The notes beneath the pieces were generated by a model. That model was not told where the DNA came from, searched no databases, and saw nothing but the letters and a program-made list of their open reading frames with translations. A stretch of 63,415 nucleotides of DNA, taken from NCBI GenBank assembly GCA_027858315.1, contig JAQICV010000041.1, forward strand, positions 1 to 63,415, written 5' to 3'. The DNA comes from Candidatus Woesearchaeota archaeon (GTDB lineage Archaea > Nanobdellota > Nanobdellia > Woesearchaeales > UBA583). A program made the translations under genes and the position numbers. Shown in pieces: positions 8,967-17,991 of this stretch (positions are counted from its first letter, which is position 1; each line of letters starts with the position of its first letter).

Positions 8967-10366
8967 TTCTTTTTCTCTTTAGAATTTTTACTTTTAACAA
9001 ATAAATAAATGTAATGTAGAGGATTTTTAACATTTACTCTCGGAAATTTATCTTTATCTTCTTTGATAATTTCTTCATCAATACCAATTCCTCTGTAATA
9101 ATTTTGATTATTATAATTTGGTGGAGAAATAGTTTTCTCTTGATTCTCAAACCATGTAATTTGTGCATTTATATAATTCTTTTTTAATGGAGAACTTTGT
9201 TTAGAATTCCATTCATCAATTGTTGCTCTAATATGGTCTTTATCCCATTTAACTGCATGTAAAAATGTAAGTAATAAAAATAAAGCTCTTTTTTTCCCAT
9301 CTTCAAAATCATTCTCAAGTGCAAATACAATAGTTGCAGGAAAATCCTTTAACTCTACTTTTTCATCAATTTCAAATGCAGCAATTTCAAACTCACCTTC
9401 AAAAATTATACCTCTTTCATGTCCTTTTTTATCTTTTTTTATCTTATTTACAATTTTTTCAAATTCGTCATCATTTCCATCTTCATAAGTCCTCATAAGT
9501 AAAATGTCTCCATCTTTTCCATATTTAGGATCATATCTTAAAAATTCAAAATGTTTATTGAACTCAGGTTTCACATTTCCAACCTTTGCCCAATTCTTTT
9601 CAAATTTCATAATGTTCTCATTCTTTAAAGGCACACTAGCAAGACCTGATTTCTCATTCAAAGAATAAGGCATTCTAAAAAGATGTCTTGATGAAATCAA
9701 AATAGTATCAATTTCAATTACTTTCATAAATTCAAAATTATATGAATCAATATCATCATTAATCAAATCATTAACATCTAAATCATACTTCTTAGCAATT
9801 TTTTCAACACTTCCATCATGTTCAAGTATAGCTTTAGATATTCTTCCCTTTAATTCAACCATTAAATATGCGGCAATTTTTCTAGCAACTACTGGGAAAA
9901 GTTTTCTAGTTTCTCCAATTCCAATAATATTCTTAGAAAATGCTTCAAAAGGAATTCCAATATGAAAACCCTTATTCCCACTAAATTTAGTAGAAGCATT
10001 ATGAACTCCTATCTCATTTAAAAATTCAATAATAATTTTACCAACTATTTGTGCATAAAAAAAATCTACACCATCTAAATCAAGAATTAAATCCCATCCT
10101 ATTCTATTCTTAACTTTTTCTTCTTCAGAATATTTCTCATTACCTAAAAGGAGAGGATTAGCCCATCTCTCCTCGCTACAATGAAAAGAACTAGCTTCTT
10201 TTTGTACAAAACTCTTAACATCACTGATATATTCAATAGTATCTGGTCTCTTTCCAAAATAAGAACTCTTGAATTGAACTGCAATTTCCCTATCTTTAGC
10301 AAAATCTAATATTGCCTTTTGGATTTCAGGCCTAGAATAATATTTATCTGCTAAAGTTTGATTCAT
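8963..10366 (-). CDS. priSL: Fused DNA primase PriS-PriL (DPANN type)
   Basis: AEP motifs WDLILDLD, KFSGNKGFH, RHLFRMPYSLNEKSG followed by a PriL-CTD-like region (EDGKKRALFLL...PPN). Confidence 0.88.
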   Translation of the reverse strand: MNQTLADKYYSRPEIQKAILDFAKDREIAVQFKSSYFGKRPDTIEYISDVKSFVQKEASSFHCSEERWANPLLLGNEKYSEEEKVKNRIGWDLILDLDGVDFFYAQIVGKIIIEFLNEIGVHNASTKFSGNKGFHIGIPFEAFSKNIIGIGETRKLFPVVARKIAAYLMVELKGRISKAILEHDGSVEKIAKKYDLDVNDLINDDIDSYNFEFMKVIEIDTILISSRHLFRMPYSLNEKSGLASVPLKNENIMKFEKNWAKVGNVKPEFNKHFEFLRYDPKYGKDGDILLMRTYEDGNDDEFEKIVNKIKKDKKGHERGIIFEGEFEIAAFEIDEKVELKDFPATIVFALENDFEDGKKRALFLLLTFLHAVKWDKDHIRATIDEWNSKQSSPLKKNYINAQITWFENQEKTISPPNYNNQNYYRGIGIDEEIIKEDKDKFPRVNVKNPLHYIYLFVKSKNSKEKKN

Positions 10367-10440
10367 AATATATTTGAGAATAAATCATTTATATAATTTT
10401 AGTAAGAAATCTTATAAACTTTAAACTTTGAGAATATATT

Positions 10441-11010
10441 ATGGGTGAAAAAGTAATTATTGGAATTACGGGAACTCTTGGTGCTGGAAAAGGTACAATT
10501 GTTGATTATTTGCAAAAGAGATATAATTTTAATCATTTCTCTGCAAGTGAATTCATAACTGAAGAAATTTTAAGGCGTAATTTAGAAGTAAATCGAGATT
10601 CGATGCGAGAAGTTGCAAATGATTTGAGGGAAAAAAATTCTCCAAGTTATGTAGCTGAAGAATTATATTTAAGAGCAGGAAAGACTAAAAACAATGCAAT
10701 TATTGAGAGTTTGAGAACTCTGGGTGAAATAAATTCTCTAAAAGAAAAAGGAAATTTTTATTTATTTGCTGTAGATGCAGACTCCAAAATTAGATATGAA
10801 AGAATTTTATTAAGAAAATCATCAAAAGATAATGTATCTTTTGAGAAATTCATTCAAAATGAAAAAGCTGAGAGTCTAAATGAAGAGCCACACAAACAGA
10901 ATTTACCTAAATGTATTAATCAAGCAGATTTTAAATTCAACAATGATTGTAATTTTGAAAATTTATACAAACAAATAGATGAAGTAATGAGGAAAATAGT
11001 AAATGGATAA
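10441..11010 (+). CDS. P-loop nucleotide kinase (dephospho-CoA/dNMP kinase-like)
   Basis: GITGTLGAGKGT Walker A; overlaps the dCMP deaminase gene. Confidence 0.8.
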   Translation: MGEKVIIGITGTLGAGKGTIVDYLQKRYNFNHFSASEFITEEILRRNLEVNRDSMREVANDLREKNSPSYVAEELYLRAGKTKNNAIIESLRTLGEINSLKEKGNFYLFAVDADSKIRYERILLRKSSKDNVSFEKFIQNEKAESLNEEPHKQNLPKCINQADFKFNNDCNFENLYKQIDEVMRKIVNG

Positions 11011-11512
11011 TCAAAAATCAACTTTAAAAGAAAAATATCAAAGACCTTCCTGGGATGATTATTTTATGGAAGTAATGGAAGCTGTTGCAAAAAGAGCAAC
11101 TTGTGATAGGGGAAGATCTGGTTGCGTTATTGCAAAAGATAAACAACTCTTAGTAACTGGTTATGTTGGTTCTCCAATTGGACTTGATCATTGTGATGAA
11201 GTTGGACACCAAATGAAAATTATGGTACATGAAGACGGTAAAGCTACAAATCATTGTGTAAGAACAGTTCATGCTGAGCAAAATGCTATATGTCAAGCTG
11301 CCAAACTTGGTGTAGCATTAGAAGGTTCGACTCTTTATTGTCGTATGACTCCTTGTAGAGTCTGTGCTATGTTAATAATAAATTCAGGAATAAAGCGAGT
11401 AGTATGTCAAAAAAGATACCATCAAGGAGCTGAAGGTGAAGAAATGTTTAAAAAAGCTGGAGTTCAAGTTACTATATTAAATCCTGAAATTGAAAACTAT
11501 GCAAATCAATAA
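11003..11512 (+). CDS. dCMP deaminase (ComEB-like)
   Basis: RPSWDDYFM, HAEQNA, PCxxC zinc motifs. Confidence 0.92.
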   Translation: MDNQKSTLKEKYQRPSWDDYFMEVMEAVAKRATCDRGRSGCVIAKDKQLLVTGYVGSPIGLDHCDEVGHQMKIMVHEDGKATNHCVRTVHAEQNAICQAAKLGVALEGSTLYCRMTPCRVCAMLIINSGIKRVVCQKRYHQGAEGEEMFKKAGVQVTILNPEIENYANQ

Positions 11513-11527
11513 TTAAAAAATATTTTT

Positions 11528-11794
11528 TTAGAAAATTTTATTCTCGCTACCATCTTCTTTAAACTCAATGATATGGATACAATTAACTGGACAACTCTCA
11601 GCACCTTCTTTATTTAAATCAAAATCTGTTCCATCATCAAATTTTCTAATTTCTTCATTTCCATTTCCGGATTTTTCAGAACCTGCTAAATCTGATTTAC
11701 CATCACTATTCATACTCCAATAACTAGGAGCAACACTAGCGCAAGCTGCGCAACCAATACATGCATCTCTATCGTGAACAATTTTATATGTCAT
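11528..11794 (-). CDS. Ferredoxin (single cluster)
   Basis: CIGCAAC...CPVNCI. Confidence 0.9.
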   Translation of the reverse strand: MTYKIVHDRDACIGCAACASVAPSYWSMNSDGKSDLAGSEKSGNGNEEIRKFDDGTDFDLNKEGAESCPVNCIHIIEFKEDGSENKIF

Positions 11795-11907
11795 ATCAAA
11801 TTTAAAGAAAACTAGTTTATAAATTTAATTACTTTAATATAAATAAATCTCCTATGTCTAGACCAAGAGTAGTAACACTTTTAAATCTAAAGTAATTACT
11901 TATAAAT

Positions 11908-13143
11908 ATGCGAACTGATTATGCTGAATCAATTGATAGAAATTTGTCAAATAAAAGTAAATTTATTTTACCAAAACTAGCCTTATCTTCAATCTTACTA
12001 TTAGGTACTGCATTATTTAGTTATAATTCTGGGGTTAATTTTAGTAAAACTTCAATAGAAAATAAACAAAATAAAATTATCGAAAATTTTGTTGAAAATA
12101 CTGATAAAAATAATTTTAGTGGATTTAGTAATAGGATTAAAATTGATAATCTCGAAAGAAAATTGGAAGTTAAATCTACTAATGAGGAACTCAATGAGAA
12201 ATTAGATAGACTGCTAAAAGGAAAATATATAACTAAATTTGCTTATGACGATTTTTTTAAAAATGGTGATTCTAAAGCTTACGATTTATACAAAAATAAA
12301 AAAATTTCAGAATTTGCTTTAATTACATATTTGAGGGCAAATCCTGTTATTGATATATTAAATGAAAGTGAGGCAATCTTTCAAACTCCTGAATTTAAAG
12401 CAATAGTTGGTGCTGAATCTGATTTTTCACCTAACGCAAAATCCAATGCTGGTGCTATAGGGATGGCTCAAATGACTAAAGGTAAAAATGGTGGAATTGA
12501 AGGTTTACTCCATACTCGAAAAAGGGATAATGAAATTGTAAATAATATGTTAAATAAAGACAAAGTTAGTAAATTATCACTTGAAAATTATTTTGAGGAT
12601 TCAACTAAAATTAATTTAAATGATTTGGGATTAAATAAAGAAACACTTAAATCTTATGGTATAAGTGAAATAGAATTAAGTGAAGTAATAATTCCTAGGT
12701 ATTTGGCAATGAATGAAATAAACTTTGATAAATATACTTCAGAGAGTATAAAAAATAATATCAGATACAATATTTTGGCAGGAAATGCTCATTACTTCTC
12801 AGGAAAATTAGAATTAAGTATTCTGTCAACAGTAAAAAAAGAAAATCCTACTCGAGTTTTTTTTGAAGATGTTTCAAGATCTGAATTAGAAAAAAATTTA
12901 AACAATAGTGCTTTTCTTTGGAATTTAGATGAATTTTCTCAAGGTGCATACAATGCTGGAGTCAATGCCTTTAGGAATAAATATTTAAAACTTGCAAAAA
13001 AAGATTTATACGATACATTTAGGCTTGCATCTAATGAAACTAAAATTCACAGAACTAGAATAAATAAATATAAAGAAGCATTTAATGAACTTGAATCACA
13101 TAATGTATTTGATAGTGAAAATCTGTATGTTACTAAAAATTAA
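11908..13143 (+). CDS. Membrane-anchored lytic transglycosylase (SLT/GH23-like)
   Basis: N-terminal TM; AESDFSPNAKSNAGAIGMAQM, NILAG..YF, AYNAG, ET motifs. Confidence 0.82.
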   Translation: MRTDYAESIDRNLSNKSKFILPKLALSSILLLGTALFSYNSGVNFSKTSIENKQNKIIENFVENTDKNNFSGFSNRIKIDNLERKLEVKSTNEELNEKLDRLLKGKYITKFAYDDFFKNGDSKAYDLYKNKKISEFALITYLRANPVIDILNESEAIFQTPEFKAIVGAESDFSPNAKSNAGAIGMAQMTKGKNGGIEGLLHTRKRDNEIVNNMLNKDKVSKLSLENYFEDSTKINLNDLGLNKETLKSYGISEIELSEVIIPRYLAMNEINFDKYTSESIKNNIRYNILAGNAHYFSGKLELSILSTVKKENPTRVFFEDVSRSELEKNLNNSAFLWNLDEFSQGAYNAGVNAFRNKYLKLAKKDLYDTFRLASNETKIHRTRINKYKEAFNELESHNVFDSENLYVTKN

Positions 13144-13177
13144 TTTTATTTTGAAAATTAGATATAAGTAAAAATTT

Positions 13178-13488
13178 ATTGGGGTATTATAAGCCACATT
13201 CTGTATTTCGTATTAGCAAAGACCTATAATGTCTTCAATCGAAATTTCAAGATTTGTCTAAGCGAGCATTCTGCTCTTGCACCAAGCTTTTTATCTCAAC
13301 TCTGCATTTACTCGAAGCTCATCTAACAATAAAAATGTAGAACATTTTTAAGCATGGTTAATAAATCAACCATAAATCATAGCTCATAAAACAAAGGGGG
13401 TTTCTGTAGTAGGCGATTTTCTCTCCTAAGCCATTTTAGTGGTGTGTGGACTTTCCTCTCCTTAAAGAGTCACTTGAAATATCCCAAT
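13178..13488 (-). ncRNA. rnpB: RNase P RNA
   Basis: Minus strand has GAGGAAAGTCCAC (CR-I), ACAGAAA, GGTGCAAG, ACAGAATGTGGCTTA (CR-V); termini ATTGGGATATT/AATACCCCAAT pair as P1. Confidence 0.92.
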
Positions 13489-13524
13489 AGAATTGAATAA
13501 GTGTAAGTTGTTTATAAAATTAAG

Positions 13525-14100
13525 TTATTGCTTTTTATAAAGGTATAAACTAACTCCACCAAGTTCTTTACTTTTAAAATATTTTATTTCATCCATATAT
13601 GCATGCATAAATGATGTTCCAGTACCATTATTTATATCTGGTTTTATTTCTTCTGAAAAATTATACCAATTTAAAAAAGAGTTAGTTGAGTTTTTTTGTC
13701 TTTGTTCTAGTATAAATCTTGAAAATTTTGGATGTATTTTTTCACCTTGATCTGAGATTATGAATTCCAATTCTTTAGGTTTTATACTTGTACTAAGGAT
13801 AATTTTCTTATTTTCATCATACTTATTTCCATGTTGGAATGCATTTAGCAATCCTTCATATAATGTTGTAAAAATATTTGCACTATATCCTAGTTTTTCT
13901 ACATGTTCTGATATTGGTGTTATAATACTTCTAATTTGTCCAGGATATGTCTCTTTCTTAAGCGAAATTGGAGTTTTTTTAAAATATCGAGGTATTTGTA
14001 TTTCAGTTAATCTACTATCTTTCAAATTAATTTCTCTATCAATTAGACATTTCAAATATTCTGATCCAGTTAAAGAAAACATATCTTCCGTTTTGTTCAT
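13525..14100 (-). CDS. RsbW/SpoIIAB-like anti-sigma-type Ser/Thr kinase (HATPase_c)
   Basis: EGLLNAFQHGN N-box, ISDQG G1-box, GTGTSFMHAYMD G2-box. Confidence 0.82.
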   Translation of the reverse strand: MNKTEDMFSLTGSEYLKCLIDREINLKDSRLTEIQIPRYFKKTPISLKKETYPGQIRSIITPISEHVEKLGYSANIFTTLYEGLLNAFQHGNKYDENKKIILSTSIKPKELEFIISDQGEKIHPKFSRFILEQRQKNSTNSFLNWYNFSEEIKPDINNGTGTSFMHAYMDEIKYFKSKELGGVSLYLYKKQ

Positions 14101-14230
14101 ACTTCCTATACTTCTTATGTATTTATAAATATATCGTTTGTAACTACTTCATAGTTAAAAGTTTAAATCTTGGACATTCTTATTAAATTTTAGGAATTAT
14201 ATGTAAAAATTTATATAACTAATTAATATT

Positions 14231-15208
14231 TTACTTTCTAAAGCAACATACAAAAAATCCTTGTGTCTTGGATAAATAAGGCATAATTCTTATTGAATTC
14301 TCAACTCCTTGGTCTAACTTCTTTCCTTTAAATATAGTTAAAGGTTTAGTATCAAATCCGAATTTCAAAATAGGTTTAAATGATTTCAATTTTGAATTCT
14401 TTAAAATCCAGTCTACATTTAATTCATTTTCTTCAACTTCAAGGGAACATGTTGAGTAAATCATAATTCCTTCCTTTTTAGTTAATTTTTCTGCATTTTT
14501 AAGTAATTTTTTTTGTAAATCTGAATTATTCAAAATTCCATTCATATCTCTTTTTTTAAGCCAATCTCTATCTCCTACTAAATTCCCACTACAAGGCGCA
14601 TCAAGTAGAACTATGTCAAACAATTCTTTATCTTCATAATCCTCTCCCAAAGTATTTACTATAGTAATATTTTCAAATCCTTGTTTCTGAATATTATTAA
14701 TTAATCTTGTAAGTCTTTTATTTTCAGGCTCTAGAGCTACAATCTCATAGTCAATTTCATGTAATGAAAATAAATCAGCAATTTGGGTAGTTTTGGAACC
14801 CGGGGATGCAGCCATATCCAATATTCTTATTTTTTTATTTTTATATTTACTAAAATCAATACAATTAACTGGAATTTGAGATGCTAAATCTTGCAAATAT
14901 ACTTTTCCTGAAATAGACTCAATAGAGGAAGAGATATTAAAAAAACTTCTCTCAATTTTAAGAGCATTAGAAATAAATGTATTAGAATATTTCACTCTAT
15001 TTTTCTTCAAAAACTTATCACCTTCTTCGATACTAATCTTTGAAAGGTTAATTCTGATAAATTGATTTTTAGTATATTTCTCTTTTGCATCAAGTAATTT
15101 ATGAAAAGTACCTCCTCCAAAAAAATCATCATATCTTTGACTAAATGTATTATTTTTCGGTTTAAAATTAGATTTATTCTTAGAAAAACTCTTCTTTTTG
15201 TATGTCAT
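14231..15208 (-). CDS. RsmB/NOP2/NSUN family RNA m5C methyltransferase
   Basis: QDLASQ, LDMAASPGSKT, DAPCSG, YSTCS, GFF motifs. Confidence 0.94.
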   Translation of the reverse strand: MTYKKKSFSKNKSNFKPKNNTFSQRYDDFFGGGTFHKLLDAKEKYTKNQFIRINLSKISIEEGDKFLKKNRVKYSNTFISNALKIERSFFNISSSIESISGKVYLQDLASQIPVNCIDFSKYKNKKIRILDMAASPGSKTTQIADLFSLHEIDYEIVALEPENKRLTRLINNIQKQGFENITIVNTLGEDYEDKELFDIVLLDAPCSGNLVGDRDWLKKRDMNGILNNSDLQKKLLKNAEKLTKKEGIMIYSTCSLEVEENELNVDWILKNSKLKSFKPILKFGFDTKPLTIFKGKKLDQGVENSIRIMPYLSKTQGFFVCCFRK

Positions 15209-15258
15209 TATATATTAAGTGTAAAAACATTTTTAAAAGCTTTTGCAGAAAAAAGTAT

Positions 15259-16155
15259 ATGGTTTTATGGATTGCGTATGCACTTATTTCTGCTTTAACT
15301 ATAAGTATAAAAGATATTTTAGTAAAAAAAGTATTCAAAAATAAGAATACTTCTCCTTATCAAATAATATTTGAGGAATATTTTTTACTACTACTTATAG
15401 TGTTAATTTTATTTTCTCCAAAAGTAGATTTTAGTTCATACATACTTCATTGGCACTATTATTTGATAAAATCAGTAACTTTAGTTTTAGCAACTATTAT
15501 TTATTTTAAGCTTCTTCAAAAATATGAGGTTTCTTCAATTGTTCCTCTAATGAATCTAAGTCCTATGTTTTTACTTATACTATCAATTATCTTCTTGGGG
15601 GAGTTGATAAATCTTGTTCAATTTTTTGGAGTTATATTAATTATAATTTCAACTTATATTCTTGAAATAAATTTTCACAATCACAAAAAAAAAGATCCTA
15701 ATAAACATCACTTCGATTTTTTGAAGAAATTAAATTTGAAAGTAATATCTTCAGTTCTTATAATGTTAATTGTAATAAGTATGACTGCAATTGCTGATAA
15801 AAAAATTTTAAATGAAGTCAATGTTTACACAAACATGTATTTTACGGGCTTATTGATATTTGTAATGCTTTCTATTTATTATCTATCTCAAGGTCATTTA
15901 AAATTAGCATTTAAAGATATATTAACAGAGCCTTCAACATTAGTAATTTCTATATTTGCAATAATTTCTACATTTTTCATACTTTTAGCTATAGGTACTC
16001 CGGGTGCATTGGTTAGTTTAATAATTCCTCTTAAAAGAACTTCTACACTTTTCGCCTCAATTGGAGGAGGGATACTATTTCATGAAAAACATATGAAACG
16101 AAAATTATTTGCAACAATTGGCATGCTTTGTGGAGTTTTATTAATTGTATTTTAA
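15259..16155 (+). CDS. DMT/EamA family transporter
   Basis: About 10 TM helices in two EamA-like halves; ATG 15259 avoids overlap with the divergent gene. Confidence 0.85.
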   Translation: MVLWIAYALISALTISIKDILVKKVFKNKNTSPYQIIFEEYFLLLLIVLILFSPKVDFSSYILHWHYYLIKSVTLVLATIIYFKLLQKYEVSSIVPLMNLSPMFLLILSIIFLGELINLVQFFGVILIIISTYILEINFHNHKKKDPNKHHFDFLKKLNLKVISSVLIMLIVISMTAIADKKILNEVNVYTNMYFTGLLIFVMLSIYYLSQGHLKLAFKDILTEPSTLVISIFAIISTFFILLAIGTPGALVSLIIPLKRTSTLFASIGGGILFHEKHMKRKLFATIGMLCGVLLIVF

Positions 16156-16214
16156 TGTTTCTATCTCTAGGAGGTAACTTATCTTTATAGTCTTTTTTAT
16201 TTGTATTTTAAAGA

Positions 16215-17420
16215 ATGGAGCAGATGATGTTAATTTTCTTGATACTTAGTGTATCTTTCTTATTCTCTAGATTTTTTATTTATTTTAATCTGCCAAAAGT
16301 TTTATCGCCTATATTTTTTGGAATATTTATAGGTTATTATAGAGATTATTTGGGTTTAATTAATCTTGATTCATTGGAATTTTTATCTGAATTAGGAATA
16401 ATCATGCTTTTGTTTTATATTGGTCTTGAATTGAACTTGAATAATGTTAAAAAGCAAGGAAACCAAACTATCTTTGTAGCAGTCTTTGGTTTTATTTTCA
16501 CATTTATTTTGGGTTTTATATTTTCACATATGATTATGTCTTATTCAATTAAGGTAAGTTTTGTTATTGCATCAGTTTTAAGTGTCACCGCAGAGAGTAT
16601 AGTAATTGTAATTCTAGAGCAAGCCAAATTACTTAAAAGTAAAATAGGTGAAGTCATTATTGGTGCAGGATTACTTGATGATATATTTGGCCTTTTTTTT
16701 CTTGCGATTATATCTATAATGGTAGCTGATAATTATAGTTTAATTTCTATGTTGCCTTTATTTCTAGGTGTATTGGTTGTTTTTATTGGATACTTTTTTA
16801 TAAAGAAAATTTCATATTTTATTGATAAAGTGTTTATGCAAGATAGTTTAAAATTATATGATATATTTACAATATCTATAATTTTTCTTTTATTTTTTGC
16901 TTTATTTTCATCTCTTATTGGTTTGGATTTTTCATTAGGTGCAATTTTATCAGGAATTTTATTAAATTTTTCATTAAGTAGGGAAGGTAAGAAAGGAGTT
17001 TTAGAAGAACATCAAATAAATTTATTTATCAAAAATATGACTTTTGGTTTCTTGTCATATTTCTTATTTTTTTGGATAGGATTTAATATTGATTTAACTC
17101 AATTCTTACAAAATCCAGTTTTAGGTTTTATTTTTGCAATAATTGCTTTTAATGGTAAATTCTTTGCAGGACTTTTTTCATCATATATTACTAAAAATAA
17201 TTTTTTCACAGGTTCATTAATAGGTGTAGGGATGACAACAAAAGGTGGAGTTGAATTAATTATACTTGAGATTGCAAGAAAGTCTGGTTTAATTAATGTA
17301 CAAATATTTTCTGCATTAGTTCTTATGAGCTTAATCTTGACTATTTTTTCGCCTATTATATTTAATATAATTGTGAAGAAATATAATAAAGGATTACTAT
17401 TAAAGACAGGAAATATTTAA
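16215..17420 (+). CDS. Cation:proton antiporter (CPA2/Kef-like)
   Basis: ELGIIMLLFYIGLE, LLDDI, KGGVELII; many TM helices. Confidence 0.88.
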   Translation: MEQMMLIFLILSVSFLFSRFFIYFNLPKVLSPIFFGIFIGYYRDYLGLINLDSLEFLSELGIIMLLFYIGLELNLNNVKKQGNQTIFVAVFGFIFTFILGFIFSHMIMSYSIKVSFVIASVLSVTAESIVIVILEQAKLLKSKIGEVIIGAGLLDDIFGLFFLAIISIMVADNYSLISMLPLFLGVLVVFIGYFFIKKISYFIDKVFMQDSLKLYDIFTISIIFLLFFALFSSLIGLDFSLGAILSGILLNFSLSREGKKGVLEEHQINLFIKNMTFGFLSYFLFFWIGFNIDLTQFLQNPVLGFIFAIIAFNGKFFAGLFSSYITKNNFFTGSLIGVGMTTKGGVELIILEIARKSGLINVQIFSALVLMSLILTIFSPIIFNIIVKKYNKGLLLKTGNI

Positions 17421-17445
17421 AAACAATCATTTCTTGAAATATATT

Positions 17446-17913
17446 ATGACGCAGCAAGAACTCTCAAAGGAAGAGATTCAAAAGAGAATGGAATTGATGA
17501 AGGAAAATTGTATTTTCTGTAAAATTCAAAAAAAAGAAATTCCTTCAAAAATTATTTTTGAAGATGATATTTGTCTTGCAATTCTCGACATAAATCCTGC
17601 TACAATGGGACATTTACTTCTAATGCCTAAAGAGCACTATATGTTAATGCCAATGGTTCCAGATGAGATTTTAGGGCATTTATCTATCATCTCTAAATAT
17701 CTAGCAGACTTATTAAAAGAGACATTTAATCCAAATGATATTTCAATTTTTATTTCTAATGGTGCAGCTGCAGGCCAACAATCTCAACATTTCATGATGC
17801 ATGTAATTCCAAGGTATGAAAATGATGGACTTAATTTTGACTTATCAGGAAGTAGTCTTTCTTCAGAAGAATTAGAAAATCTTGCAATAAAATTAAGATC
17901 AAAATTGAATTAA
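17446..17913 (+). CDS. HIT family protein with degenerate triad
   Basis: CIFCKI, LDINP..GHLL.PKEH, NG..AGQ; triad reads HFMMH. Confidence 0.88.
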   Translation: MTQQELSKEEIQKRMELMKENCIFCKIQKKEIPSKIIFEDDICLAILDINPATMGHLLLMPKEHYMLMPMVPDEILGHLSIISKYLADLLKETFNPNDISIFISNGAAAGQQSQHFMMHVIPRYENDGLNFDLSGSSLSSEELENLAIKLRSKLN

Positions 17914-17991
17914 TTCTTATCGTGTCTAGTCAGAGTAGTAACTAACTATTATAAACGAGTTATTCAATAAATATCTTATATAATTATAAAA

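Noticed and set aside
13385..13405. ORB-like AAACAAAGGGGG string
   Set aside because: Lies inside the RNase P RNA gene and lacks the TCCA half
1670..14100. Bacterial contamination or a genomic island as the source of the GGDEF, SLT and RsbW-like genes
   Set aside because: Genes are interleaved singly with core archaeal genes, have TATA boxes at archaeal spacing and show no visible compositional shift; read mapping would still be needed to exclude it fully
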